From Chlorokybus atmophyticus (Eukaryota; Plantae; Mesostigma and Chlorokybus algae), in assembly GCA_009103225.1 (NCBI GenBank), contig RHPI01001946.1, positions 124,001 through 188,000 on the forward strand: a stretch of 64,000 bases of DNA. The letters run 5' to 3'. Below are positions 35,943 through 47,465 of this stretch, in pieces. Made by a program: the position numbers and the translations under genes. Every line of letters begins with the position of its first letter. Position 1 is the first letter of the stretch. Under the pieces are notes generated by a model. That model saw only the letters and a program-made list of their open reading frames with translations. It did no database searches and was not told the origin of the DNA.

Positions 35943-38221
35943 CTAGTCGGAGCTCTTCAACACACTTGGTGCCACATTTGCAACAATCCACGGGTGTTCC
36001 AGCACTTTTTGGAGTGGTAATCGCTTGTTGGGGTCTTTAGCAAGCAACTGACATGGCAGTCTTTTGTTGGAAACATGAAACATTGGAACAAATACATGCA
36101 TGCAACCAACAACACATTGATAGTAACTTACCCGCCGTATCAGGTCCTGAGCTTCCTTGCTCACCGCAGGAGTCTTGGGAAACTTTAAGTCAATGGTACG
36201 GATCCTACAGACACAACAAATCTCATTGTTTTGGGACAAAGCACACAGCGCATGCGCACGTTGTGTGCTTGTGTGTTTTGTCCACACGTGCATGTGTGTG
36301 TCTGCGTGTGTATGCATGTGCCTGCATATGTGTGTGTGCGTCTGTTGTGCATCAACCAATTACCTCTGATGCGTGTCAAACTTGTCACCAGCTTCAAATG
36401 GAGGGGACCCGTACAAGAACTCGTACAGCAGCACGCCGACCGACCATATGTCCACGGCGTGATTGTGAAGGTAGTTGTTCACTGCAAGCGGCTCGCATGT
36501 AAGGACGCTTACAACGTACGTTGAAAGCGCTGTACAACAGTACATTGCATACCCATCTCTGGAGAGAGGTAGTCCAGCGTGCCGCATATCGTGGTGCGTC
36601 GGTTTTGTGGCGCGTGCACTGCCCAACCGAAGTCCGACAACTTCACATCACCCTAGAGGAGGGTTCAACATATCAAGTAAGTTGTAAGCGTTGGGTTGCA
36701 TGTTGTATAGGTGTCTCACCTTGAGGCCGATCAGCAGGTTTTCTGGTTTGAGGTCGCGGTGGATGACGTGTTTGGAGTGGCAGTAGATTAGAGCCTGGGC
36801 AACAGAAGCTACGTACTGCAACAAGAACACACATAAGGTGAGTTCAGATATGGTGGAAAGTGAACAATGACTCGGGATTTCGTCAGGCATTGCACTGCAC
36901 GCACGTGGGCAGATCGCTTCTCGTTGAAGCGTTTGCACCGCTGCAGCTCGACATACATTTCGCCCTTTGCAGCAAACTCCAGAATCAGGAACACGCGCAG
37001 CTGTTGGATAGTGCCACTTTTTTGTGAGAGGTTGAAAACAAAGCAACCCAAGCCTACTCCAACACAAGCGTACACACTATGAAAGGAAGGCTACATGAAA
37101 CTTTATCGCTGTAGAGTCGCTTAACAAAGGCAGGCAACAACACATGCAGGTGGAGTCAAAGCTGATTGCAGTTGACTATTACCACCAACACGCGCTCACC
37201 TCGTCATAGAAGTACCCGTGCAAGCGCAGTACATTGGGATGCCTGCCAACCGAATTAGCCGGTTACTTTGCATGTTTTGAGAGTCAAATCATTGCAACGG
37301 CATGCAATGCCAGAACACGTATAATGCAAGAGTCAAGCTGCGCAGCTAGCTGCTCAACCTGAGATGCGTCTGTATTTCTATCTCTCTGCGCAGCTGATGT
37401 TCAATGGCGCTGTCCCTCAACTGCTCCTTGAACAAGACCTTCAGGGCAACCACGAACCCGCTGGACCGCTCTCGCGCCAGATAAACCCGGCCGAACTTGC
37501 CTGAACTTGCCGGTCAAAGCAAGACTGTTTTGTCGTTGTAGTGGTGGTTGTTATTGTTACATCGGCAATTGGTGTTTCTCGCGCGCATGCATACATTGAC
37601 GCCAAGAGGCACATGCACCTGCATGCATGTGTGGGTACGTACACAAGCACGGCTGCAAGCTGACGTGACTGAGTGGGGCAAGTCAGTCAGTTAGTAAAAG
37701 AAACGGGTGCACCTGTACGAGTCTAGGTAGTTGACTGACGGGTTGAGTGAATGACGGAGTAGGTAAGCGTAAGATACAAGAGTTAGAAACGAAACTCGAC
37801 CATTGAACCAGGACTTCACTGAATTGTATAGGCTATAGGACGGCAGCGCGAATGCGGGTCTGTGTGGCTCACAAATTGATCATTGTGCCTGTTGGCCTCT
37901 TGATATCCCCTTGATTACGCTCACCTCGCCCCAGTCGCCGACCGATTTCGAAGTCGCTCAGGCTCCATCCGCACCGTGGCGACGAGGCAGGTGTTTGTCC
38001 TCCGGCGGTGGTGGCCGTCGCTGCTTCGCTTGTGGAGGCACCGCCCATGCCCCGCCCGCGCTTGCCATCCCGCACATCCTGCTCACAAAGTACGGGGTTG
38101 AGGACACTGGCATTGATGACGACGAGTAGGAGGAGGAGAAAGGCAACAAGGCTCTCACCTGCGCCGCCGCCTCCCCTGACGCCCGCTTGGCCCGCTGCTT
38201 GCCCGGCGGCGCAGGGGCCAT
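35943..38221 (-). CDS. AUR: Aurora kinase, multi-exon
   Basis: [15 protein letters not shown]|[94 protein letters not shown] and [14 protein letters not shown]. Confidence 0.97.
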
Positions 38222-38336
38222 AGCAGGGTATGGTCGTTAAAAATCTTACCTCCTACTGCAACACTCTTCCCTCCTTGCCCACAACGCCCACAACGCCAGC
38301 CACACAACCGCCGCCGCCGCCGCCGCCGCCGCCACG

Positions 38337-38350
38337 TTTTGGCGCCAAAA
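38337..38350. promoter_or_regulatory. Palindromic E2F-type site TTTTGGCGCCAAAA in the Aurora divergent promoter
   Basis: Perfect 14-bp palindrome containing TTTGGCGC on both strands, about 115 bp upstream of the Aurora ATG. A telo-box-like TAGGGTTT lies at 38373-38380. Confidence 0.55.
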
Positions 38351-38498
38351 CCTATTTGAAGCGTTTAAACATTAGGGTTTCTGACAGCCGCCGAGACGCG
38401 ATCGAATATCAAACGGGATCACGCCTTGACTCCTTTCTCAAACCGGATCAGGCGCTGGACTAGTCAAGACATGTTTTTGTGGAGAAAACATCAAAATT

Positions 38499-38834
38499 AT
38501 GCGACAAGAAAGGAGCTCTGAACAGGTGCGAGAGGGTGCAAGCGATGCGACATGTGCATTACATTCTATTGGACATGCTGTTATCACGTGATGTATCAGA
38601 TCGTATACAAACGCCTGTCGCAAAGTGTCAGCTGCAGAGGAAGAAAGACTTTGTGCTGGGATTGCTCAGATTTTTACTCACGTGCACGGTTTGAAAAGGT
38701 TGTGATGCGACTGCGTTGTTAGCTTGGCTGCATCAGTGTATGACATGGCTGGGTTTCATGTTAGAGAAAGGCACATCACAGTTGTTGGGTTTTGACCGCT
38801 GCTGCTGCTGTAGTGGTGGTTGTGGTGGCTGCTA

Positions 38835-38896
<62 letters not shown>

Positions 38897-39297
38897 GTTG
38901 TGCTCATGCCGACACGATTGCTTTGTGGCTGCGGCCAGCCGCTGAGCAATGAGGAGTTTGATGCAGCCGTTGCACGCCTGGTGGAAGACACCACTGAAAG
39001 GTACAAACACGCACACGCCAACCAGCAGGCACATGCACACACACAGCGTGCTAGTCAATAATAGTGTCACGAGGCTGCACACACGTTTAAAACCACTCGT
39101 TGACAACCTGTTGTTGCAGCAGCCTGTGTGTCAGGCCATCTGCTTTATGGACCGCACGGCCACACACAGCGCCAACCCACCAGAGCAGATCAAGCAAGAA
39201 GCGCTCCAACCTCAGCAGCATGGTGAACAGTGACCGCTGGCTGCAAATAGTGACGCCTCTCCCCGCAGTCTCAGTCCCACAAACAGCAAATGCGTAG
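38499..39297 (+). CDS. Possible small multi-exon hypothetical gene divergent from Aurora
   Basis: Exon-like pieces with splice signals: CAG|GTGCGA at about 38525, PLSNEEFDAAVARLVEDTTE|GTACAA at about 39000, and a terminal open frame ending TAG at 39297. The start and the frame of the early exons are ambiguous. Confidence 0.35.
38837..38894 (+). repeat. (AG)29 microsatellite
   Basis: Seen directly. Confidence 0.95.
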
Positions 39298-39574
39298 CGT
39301 ACCTGTTGTTGCACGTACACGCACCTCTCATCCCGTTGTGTATAGGCGTCATTGTTGGCCCGCACACGCTATTTGATTGCAGATGCTGTGAAATAAGTTT
39401 CTATAAATTTCTATATAATGTAGATAAGTACACCAGCCCACAGCCAGTCCACAAAACTTGGCAATGGGTTGCGGATACACATGTGCACGCCGTGTACACA
39501 TGCGGTTGCGAAATGCATATTCTTGCTCTCTCTTTCACCCTATATGTACAATTGCCTCAGAATGTAACATGTCA

Positions 39575-42500
39575 TCAACTAAGAGCCAGTCTAGGCAGCG
39601 CATCCGACACCTTATCCCCTCCCTCACCCATATATGTTGTTGTCCTTATCCCCCCACTCTCACCACCCCCTCCCTCTCTCTCCACTTCATCTCCCACTGC
39701 GGGTTCTCCCACTCTCATCACCTGTCGGCTGAAGTCGACGCGGAACACGTGCGCCCGTCTCCGTTCGCTCTCGATGACGAGCGTATCGGGGTCGACGCGG
39801 CGCGGGAGAGACCAGTCCACGACGCGGTGGGTGACGCCGTAACCGCGCTCGGAGAGCACGTCGATCAGGATGCCGGCGGCGTCGGGGTCGGAGGGGGAGG
39901 GGGTGTTGGTGTCCATGGAGTCGAAGACGGGGTCCTGAGGGTGGTGAGAGATTGTGTGCTTGTGCGGGTGTGGCTGTGTGCGTGCGTACATGTGCGTGTG
40001 TGGCCTTGAATATGTGCTCATGGGTGCGTGTAAGCGTGTCTGTATGTGTACGTGTGTGCGTGTGCGCGCTCTTATATACAAGAGCACAGTTGGCAACTCG
40101 CACGCGCACATGTGTACGTGCGCGTGTGCGCGTGCACACAAGTCAGTAACATACCCACTCAATGGGAGCTGCTGACTACCACTTCATCTACAACTCACAC
40201 CCAACAGCATGTGCGTGCGTGCGTGCGTAAAGCCACAGCAAGCCCCCCCNNNNNNNNNNNNNNNNNNNNNNNNNNNNNNNNNNNNNNNNNNNNNNNNNNN
40301 NNNNNNNNNNNNNNNNGGGGCTGCCTCTTGTTGTAATGGGCGAGGAGTTCGCCTTGCCCGACACGCAACCTCTCAGAGTTTCGTATCACCGCCACGCTTA
40401 CACGCTGGGAGAGCACTACAACTCCATCATTGAGGCTGATGAGGAGGGGGCTGAGGTGGATGTGGGGGACTTTTCCCACCTGCGACACGAAGATCGCCTC
40501 CCCCGCCATCCCCCCCCTCCCAATCGCCTCCATCCCCTCCCTATCCACCACCCTCATGACCCTCTGCATCGTGCTGGCTCTCTTCTTCACGGCCTCGTCC
40601 AGTCTGGCCGGCAGCGACGCCACGTTCGCGTGGGTCTCGTTGACCAAGTCGGACGGGGTCGGGAGGGTGCGGATTAGACTCCAAGTGGACTCGGAGAGCT
40701 CTAAGCAGGACTGGTAGCGGAGCTCCCGGAGGATGGAGAGGGCGCAGGAGGGGAGGGGGACCGTGGCGTCGATGAGGTGGAAAGCGAAGTGCTGCTTCAA
40801 CCTGAAGGGTTACATGTGATGAGACAGGGTCATGATCCATGCGTATTGCAAACGCCTTTTTGTAAGTCCCTAGAAATTGACATTTAATTTACAGCAGTCT
40901 TCTCGCACTTGAGTAAGTTCAGCATGGTGAGATAGCGCGCATATGTGTGCAAGTGTATGTGTGTGCGTCTGTGCTCAGCGGTTCACGAGTGCACGTGCAT
41001 GCGTGTGTGTATGCGCGTACTCGCGCGCAGGTGCACACGCGACAACCACACACACCATGACAAACACAAAGACAAACACAAACACCCACATTTCTCACCT
41101 CAGCAGCGTCCCGTAATGTTCCCTAAACACCCTATACCTCCCTCTCGCCTTCATCTCGCTCTTATCCGTCTCCCTCTCTTCCACGTACTCCCCGACTCCC
41201 CTCTCCCTCACCCTCTCGTTATGTCTCACAGCCGCCTCCCCGCGCCGCACCTGCCGACGCACCGACTCGGCCTCGTCCACGTAGAGGACGGCGATGCGAA
41301 AGACGGGACGGGGGAAGTGAGGGGAATGGAGGTGGAGGTGGAGGGAGAGGAGGCGGTCGTAGAGGAGGCGGACGATGTCGACTTGGAGAGAGGTGCGGGG
41401 GAAACCGTCCACGACTGGGGGGGAGGGAAGGTGTGATGGTGTGAGGAGTAGGCGCGTAGGTAAATGCGTCGATAAAATGTCACGCATACACACGTGTGTG
41501 TTTTCACGTATGTTGTGTATGCGTGCGTACACTCATCACGTGCGCACGCACGCAAAATACGCGTGTCTGTTTGTGTCACACAAATGCATGTGCGCACACG
41601 CGCACATGTGACTGAAATATGCACCATTGTCGAGACCTCGTATGCATGCACCTACACATACATGCAAGGACGAGAGACACATGTATGTCGTAAAGTGTAC
41701 ACATGCACCACATGCAGCACGCACACGAGCATGCCTTACCCATCCCGTAGTGACTGGAGTCTTTGTCATCACCGCTGGTATCATTGTCAGTGGCGTGGAC
41801 GCCCTTGGGTCCGAACAGCAGTTCTTGGAGGAGGAGAGTGACTACGGCCGCATCGTCGATGAGCCCACCAGCGTCCATAATCGCACGGGTCTCGGGCCGT
41901 TTTGCCAGCAGTTCGCTGATCACTATCGCCCTGGCTGCACATGATAGCAACATCATCGTGCGTGCGTGTGTGCGTGTGCCTGGATATGTGTGCATGTGTA
42001 CATGTGTCTCACCATCGAACCCACGAGATTGCAGCACAAACGGCGTGTTGGCTCCCTTGCCTGCTCACAACACAAACATCTACCCTCAACATCATCATCA
42101 TTATAACACCACCACCATCACCATTACCATCACCATCGCAACAGCTTTTACCAGATCCTGGTGCGCCATTTAGCCACACGATCTCGCGTGGAGGCCGCAG
42201 GTTGCGCTCGTTGCCGGCGGCGTGCTGCGCGACGACGCGGCGCCAGCAGGACTCGAACACCGTCGCGGCCTCGAGACCAACCTGCGAGTGCAACGAAGCG
42301 AGCAGGAGGAGTGAGTGCTGCGTGCAGGGAATGAGCAGCGCTTTTGTTGCGTGTGATGATGCAGCAGCTTGCAAGCAGAGCGCATTGCTTGCCAAGCTTG
42401 CATGTTGTGTATGCAACAAAAGCACATGAGTACGTGTGGCAATGAGTTGCACACCAGGTTGATTGAGTGATGCCGGAAGTTAGAAGCCTGAAGTGTACAG

Positions 42501-42819
42501 TACATCCAATTCAGTGCAATCAACTCATCGTCGTTCTGTTGCTCAACGAGTGCATTGGCAGTACCTCTGCCGTGGTGTTGTGCTCAGCGCTGGCGGCGGC
42601 GGCGGAGGACAGAGCCACAGCTGACGTGTGGAGTTGTGCACAGCGGCCAGGTGTCGCCGCTGCCCTGATGTCGCTGCCGCATTGGCGCCCTGTAACGCCT
42701 GCTGATGATGATAAGGCGGCGGCAGAGGTGGCGGCGGTTGTCTGGTACGCGGCGGCGACGGCGGTGCGCACGCAGCTCAACAGCTGCGTGCGGACAGCAG
42801 TCGACGCCGGCGGCCTCAT
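39575..42819 (-). CDS. Atypical long adenylate-kinase-like P-loop NMP kinase with probable organelle transit peptide, multi-exon; exact 3' end uncertain
   Basis: Ala/Ser/Arg-rich N-terminus from ATG 42819. Motifs include REIVWLNGAPGSGK (P-loop), IMDAGGLIDDAAVV (NMP-binding), VVDGFPRTSLQVDIVRLLY, VLYVDEAESVRRQ and HFAFHLIDA, plus a long C-terminal extension ending AHVFRVDFSRQ. Confidence 0.8.
40317..40472 (+). repeat. 156-bp copy of the OTU gene 3' coding sequence (48609-48764) inside an intron of the kinase gene, abutting an N gap
   Basis: GGGGCTGCCTCTTGTTGTAATGGGCGAGGAG...GTGGATGTGGGGGACTT matches 48609-48764, with no differences found by eye. Confidence 0.9.
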
Positions 42820-43621
42820 CGCCGCCGCCGCCGCCACCCACCCGTTGCAAGCACAGTTTGTACTAAAGGTACGCTTCATTCCTTTTGGGTATGCTTGTTG
42901 GTGTGTGTTTCAAGAGTCTGTTGATAATATCTTTGCATGGTAGCATATAACATGTAACAGCAAATCAAGCAAGCTACCTGCAAGTGTAGGACAAGAAAAA
43001 AGCATGCAGGACAACGATGCAAGGCACGCTGTTGAAGGGCCAACGCAGAGTTTGATGGTGTGCGATTGCTGACCGTCGCAGTGCTCAACTGTATCAGTAT
43101 GCAAGCTGTGCCTGCTGTATACAAGTGTAACAATGCAACCATGTTCACCAACTTGCTAGAGCAGCTGTGAACCGGAACGAAGTCAATCAACAAGCACCAA
43201 CCGAAACCACCAGTTTGTATAAAGTCAGCTGTCAACAACTGCCAAGGGTACCCAAGCATTGCACAAACTGCTGCTCAGTCCTGACAGCAATAATGACACA
43301 AGCACTCAACACAGCAACAGCCATGACAGAATTACAGTCGCATCAGCAGCAGCGACAAGCATAGCAAAGTACACCTGCACAACGCGGCCAATGCAAGTAC
43401 AGTGGGAGGCAGCCGATGAGAAGGGGAAGGCCATACGTATGTACAAACGTACACAGGTATGGCTACAGTGCACGCCGCTTACTAATACTCTCACAAAAGG
43501 TCTCATCAAGTGCCAGCTGGCAATGAGGATCTGACCAACGCCAACCAACTCTCAAGGACGCGCATGCACAGCGCTACCTTGTTTGACAGTAATGCAACAC
43601 TGGCAGATGAACAATAGATGC

Positions 43622-46100
43622 CTAAGACCCTGATGGCTTCCGGTTGACCCTGTTGCCTTTGCGATCGAACTCTCTCAGGTTGGGCTTGTTCCAAAATTCA
43701 CCTCTGTGTCCGGACGGAAGCTCGTCATTCTCCACAAATGCTTTGGTCTCCTGCCCTCGGAAAATCGTCACTATAGCTGGATGAGTTGTCCAGGACCACA
43801 GGGGGAAGCAACCTTCGGCACCCTCCTGATCTATGCTGTAAGGCGTCAGTGTCTTCACCACCAGCGGGTACTTGCTGGCCTACAAGTAGCAGCAACACAG
43901 AGCTGTCATACCTTTGTCATACCCAACTTACTACAAGAGGTGAAAGATTTTGTTACCTCGATATCTATGCTCCCACCTCCGCCAGTCGCAGATGCATTCA
44001 ACTCCACTCTACTGATCCTACGCCTGTGTCCATCCCGCACAACAGCCACATGGATGTCTTCAGTGTGCATGTTACATATCCACACATACTTGGCTGGGAT
44101 AGAAAAGTAAGCTCGGGTCTGAACAGCATTCCAGTCGCTCTCTACAAATCTCATCGTTGCTGACACAGCCGCTATCTTCTTCTCCTCGAGACCAGGTTTT
44201 TGCCTTGTTTTTCCCGTATAGTTTCCTGTAACGTCAGACAATGTTGGCTGTGTGGAAGTGACCTTGCTTTGCCTCAGCGTCTGAACGTTCATAATCTCAG
44301 AAGCTTCCTGAAGCAGCTTTTGCATCCGCTGAAGAGCAATGTGGCAACCGAAGTTTTGGATTGTGGACTCATCAGTCAAATGGAAGCCAACCAACTTGCC
44401 ACTTGAATCAAACAACGGCGCTCCAGGCGAGCCACGAAATAGACCAGGTGCAGTTACAACATCTTGGGTTTCACTGGCGCTGTCGTCACTGGCGCTGTGC
44501 TGCACTTTGACCATTGACACTTGCAGCACGGGCTTGCCATCCACCAGCACGCCTTCGCCATACTGCAGAGTCAATGCAAGGGTTACTACAGTTTACCTCT
44601 CTGACATCATTGCCAAGGTTGAGCAGATCCATAAGCACTTCTCGTGCACACACATTAGGTTCCCACAGTACATATCACTGACATGGGTTGCAAATAGCAC
44701 ATCGTCGGGCTTCAGCTCACAATCCTGGTGGTTTTGTCCATTCGACTGCAGGTCCAATCTGGTTGTTTTAGCATGGACGTTCTCAATGTACACTATGGCA
44801 ACGCCTCCTGACACTCGCTGAACACTCTCCGAGCCAGGGCGGCAGAAATCGCGCACATAACGTCTCACACAAGCTGTTCGACTGGCAGGCACCTCCTGGC
44901 TTTCCTGCTTGATATCGGGCTTGATGTCATTTGCAATTCGCCCCATTGCAAAGCCAGACTCTGGGCACGTAAACTGGACTCGGCTACATGTGTATTGGTG
45001 AGCACCAAGTTGTTGCCAAGATGGACAGCAGTGCCACGGTCATCACCCGCGACCAGTAGTCCCACTGAGTCTATGACCTGCACAGCCACATCAGCTCCAA
45101 TGATAATGCCATGCGGACATGCAAGAAGCAATGTCATTGGCTTGTGATCTCACACGTGGTAGGTGCTTCTTGAAACGTTCCATGCCCTTGTCTACAGGCC
45201 AGGGCATATTCTCAGGGCCACCCAGAGCCGGCACCCAGAAGAACGCACGGTCACATTCCTGCACTTTGGTGCTCAGCTTTTTTCCTTGAGCATTTTGCCA
45301 CTCCGTCACATCGCTGGAGCTGGAAAGCTTTGTCCACTGCCAACCAGGAGCCCAGTCTGTTATTGATACTGCACACAGATTCACTTGCAATGCGATGCAT
45401 TGCAACCATAGCTCAAGTCGTCAGGCTGACATGCATCAATGACAGGCATCAGCTCACTTGTGGATGCTCATATCCTGCCGCTTGACTGCTTATGCACGCC
45501 GCTACGTGTATTGTCAGCCTGCACATCAAGCGCTCGATGTGGATTTGAGATTCAGCACAAGCACTGCAGCCCAGCAAGCAGAGCCAATCGCAACCCACGT
45601 TCCGTTGTGACAAGCAGGTAAGCAGAACAAGCATCAATATTGCAAGGAGCTGGCATTGACCTGGGTATGGAATGGACCCTTGATGCAGATAACCGTCGGC
45701 TGGCGAGAAGCTGTGCTTGCGAGCCAGTTGAACCTGAACGACATGTGCAGAAACATGCACGGGGACAATCCTGCGCCTTGGAGCTCAATCTCTTTCCCTG
45801 CGCATTTTGCCACTCCGTCACGTCCTTAGACTTAAAAAGCTTTGTCAACTGCCAAACAGGAGATCAGTCTGTCATTTATATTGCACAGACTTTGAGTGCG
45901 ATGTAGCATTCATTGCTCGAGAGAAGCCGACATGAATCATTCAGGAACCAGCTCACTTGTGGACGCTGAGATGCTGCCGCTTTACTGCTTAGGCACGCCG
46001 CTACGAGCATTGTCTGCCTGCACAACAAGCGCTCAATGTGGAACTGCAAAACAAGCACTGCAGCCCAACAAGCAGAGCCAATTTCTACCCCACGTTTTTG
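43622..46100 (-). CDS. Trypsin-like (S1/Trypsin_2) peptidase-fold protein, probably catalytically inactive, with an unknown C-terminal domain; 5' end unresolved and may extend towards 47300
   Basis: RGTAVHLGNNLVLTNTHVAE (His motif), GGVAIVYI (Asp position) and PGLFRGSPGAPLFDSSGKLVGFH (Ser motif with Pro at the nucleophile position). These are followed by YVWICNMHTEDIHVAVV...GGGGSIDIEV and a last exon ending at TAG 43622. Confidence 0.7.
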
Positions 46101-46155
46101 CTGTGACAGCTAGAAGCTAGAAGCTGTACTTGCGAGCAATTGGCACCAACATGTG
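45270..46155 (-). repeat. Diverged tandem duplication of an exon-intron-exon unit of about 0.4-0.5 kb
   Basis: 45440-45605 resembles 45950-46095. The translated pieces LTIHVAACISSQAAGYEHPQ / QTMLVAACLSSKAAASQRPQ and TKLSSSSDVTEWQNAQGKKLSTK / TKLFKSKDVTEWQNAQGKRLSSK have matching splice sites. Confidence 0.85.
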
Positions 46156-47465
46156 CAGTAATCGCCACCAAGCAGGCCAAATACATATGCGACGTGCGTT
46201 TGGCAAGTGAAGTGCACAATTGCGGCAGTAAGTAAACACATGAGCTAGGAACATACCGACGTAAGTCTTGGACTCAAGCAGCTGTCACCGCAAGTCACTC
46301 TAAACAGCTGGAGTCGAGAAGCCAAGCGCCACTTCACCAGTAAACAACGGCCAGCAGCACCTGCACGTATGTCAGGTTGTCATGCACGTCCTGTGCAGCG
46401 TTGCAAGCCCCTAGACGCCCCCCAGCAACAAGGCCTTGTGCTGCTGTGTTGAACTTGGCCAAGAAGCAACGTGTACCAGGCAGGTTACAGGCAGAATGTC
46501 GCAGGCCAGCTGCAAAAGACATACCAATTCATGCGACTCATGCAAGGGTCAATGGCCTACCGCACACATGTAATCAAACTAACATAGCAAAGCTGACGTT
46601 CATAAAAGCTCAAAAGCTAGCACACAGGCAACAGGCACGCACAGCAAGACAGAGCAGCGGTGCTGGCCACCACTCCTCAACATCATGGACAGTCGAGACT
46701 CACATACAAGCAGTTACGGTTCGGTCACCAACAACATGTGTACGGTTGCTGTTGTTCTAGCTGAACTAAACGGGCAACCTAGCCTAAGGCAGCATTGTGC
46801 CAGAGGGAGCCCCTTTTTGAGAGTCCTGCCGCAACAACAGCACAGACTGCGCCCTGTTCAGCTCTACTGGGAGCACCTTCACAAAAGCCACCGCTCAGTG
46901 ATGTATTTCCTGTATTCTAATAAGATGAACTCAACTTGCCGCAAGCATGCACACAGACGGCACCGCCGCCGCCTCCCACACAGCAAAACTGTGGCTTCCA
47001 GCAACAATCAAGGCCTTTGTGTTAGGTACTGTTGCTGACAGTGGAAGCTTCGCAACGCTGTGTCCCAAGCTTGCAACAGCGTTGCCTAGCATTGAGCTTG
47101 CCAAACTTGCCATTGGTTGCCATGCATCGTTTCACTGTCAGTAACTTCCTCAAAAGGCCTTGCATGTTGCTGACAGTGAAGGAAGCTTGGCAAGTCCAAG
47201 TGACGCACCATTGGAGACTGCGTCACTCGGACGTCTTGCCAAGCAGCATTTGCCTTGGCTCGATTTGACAAGCCGATGTCGAACTCGACTTGCCAGACAT
47301 GTCTGTTATCGGTATCTGTTACGATATCGGCAAGTATGTTGCAAAACTGCGATTTCAAGCCAGAGAGTTGATATCACTAGCAGCAACAGCGGCGGCGGCG
47401 GCGAAGGAGTAGGAGCAGGAGGAGCAGCTGCGGAGAAGCGCGGTGGTGTCCTTGTCATTGTTGAC

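Noticed and set aside
38230-38463. 77-aa Pro-rich ORF
   Set aside because: It arises from the GCC repeat of the promoter/leader and overlaps the E2F and telo-box motifs.
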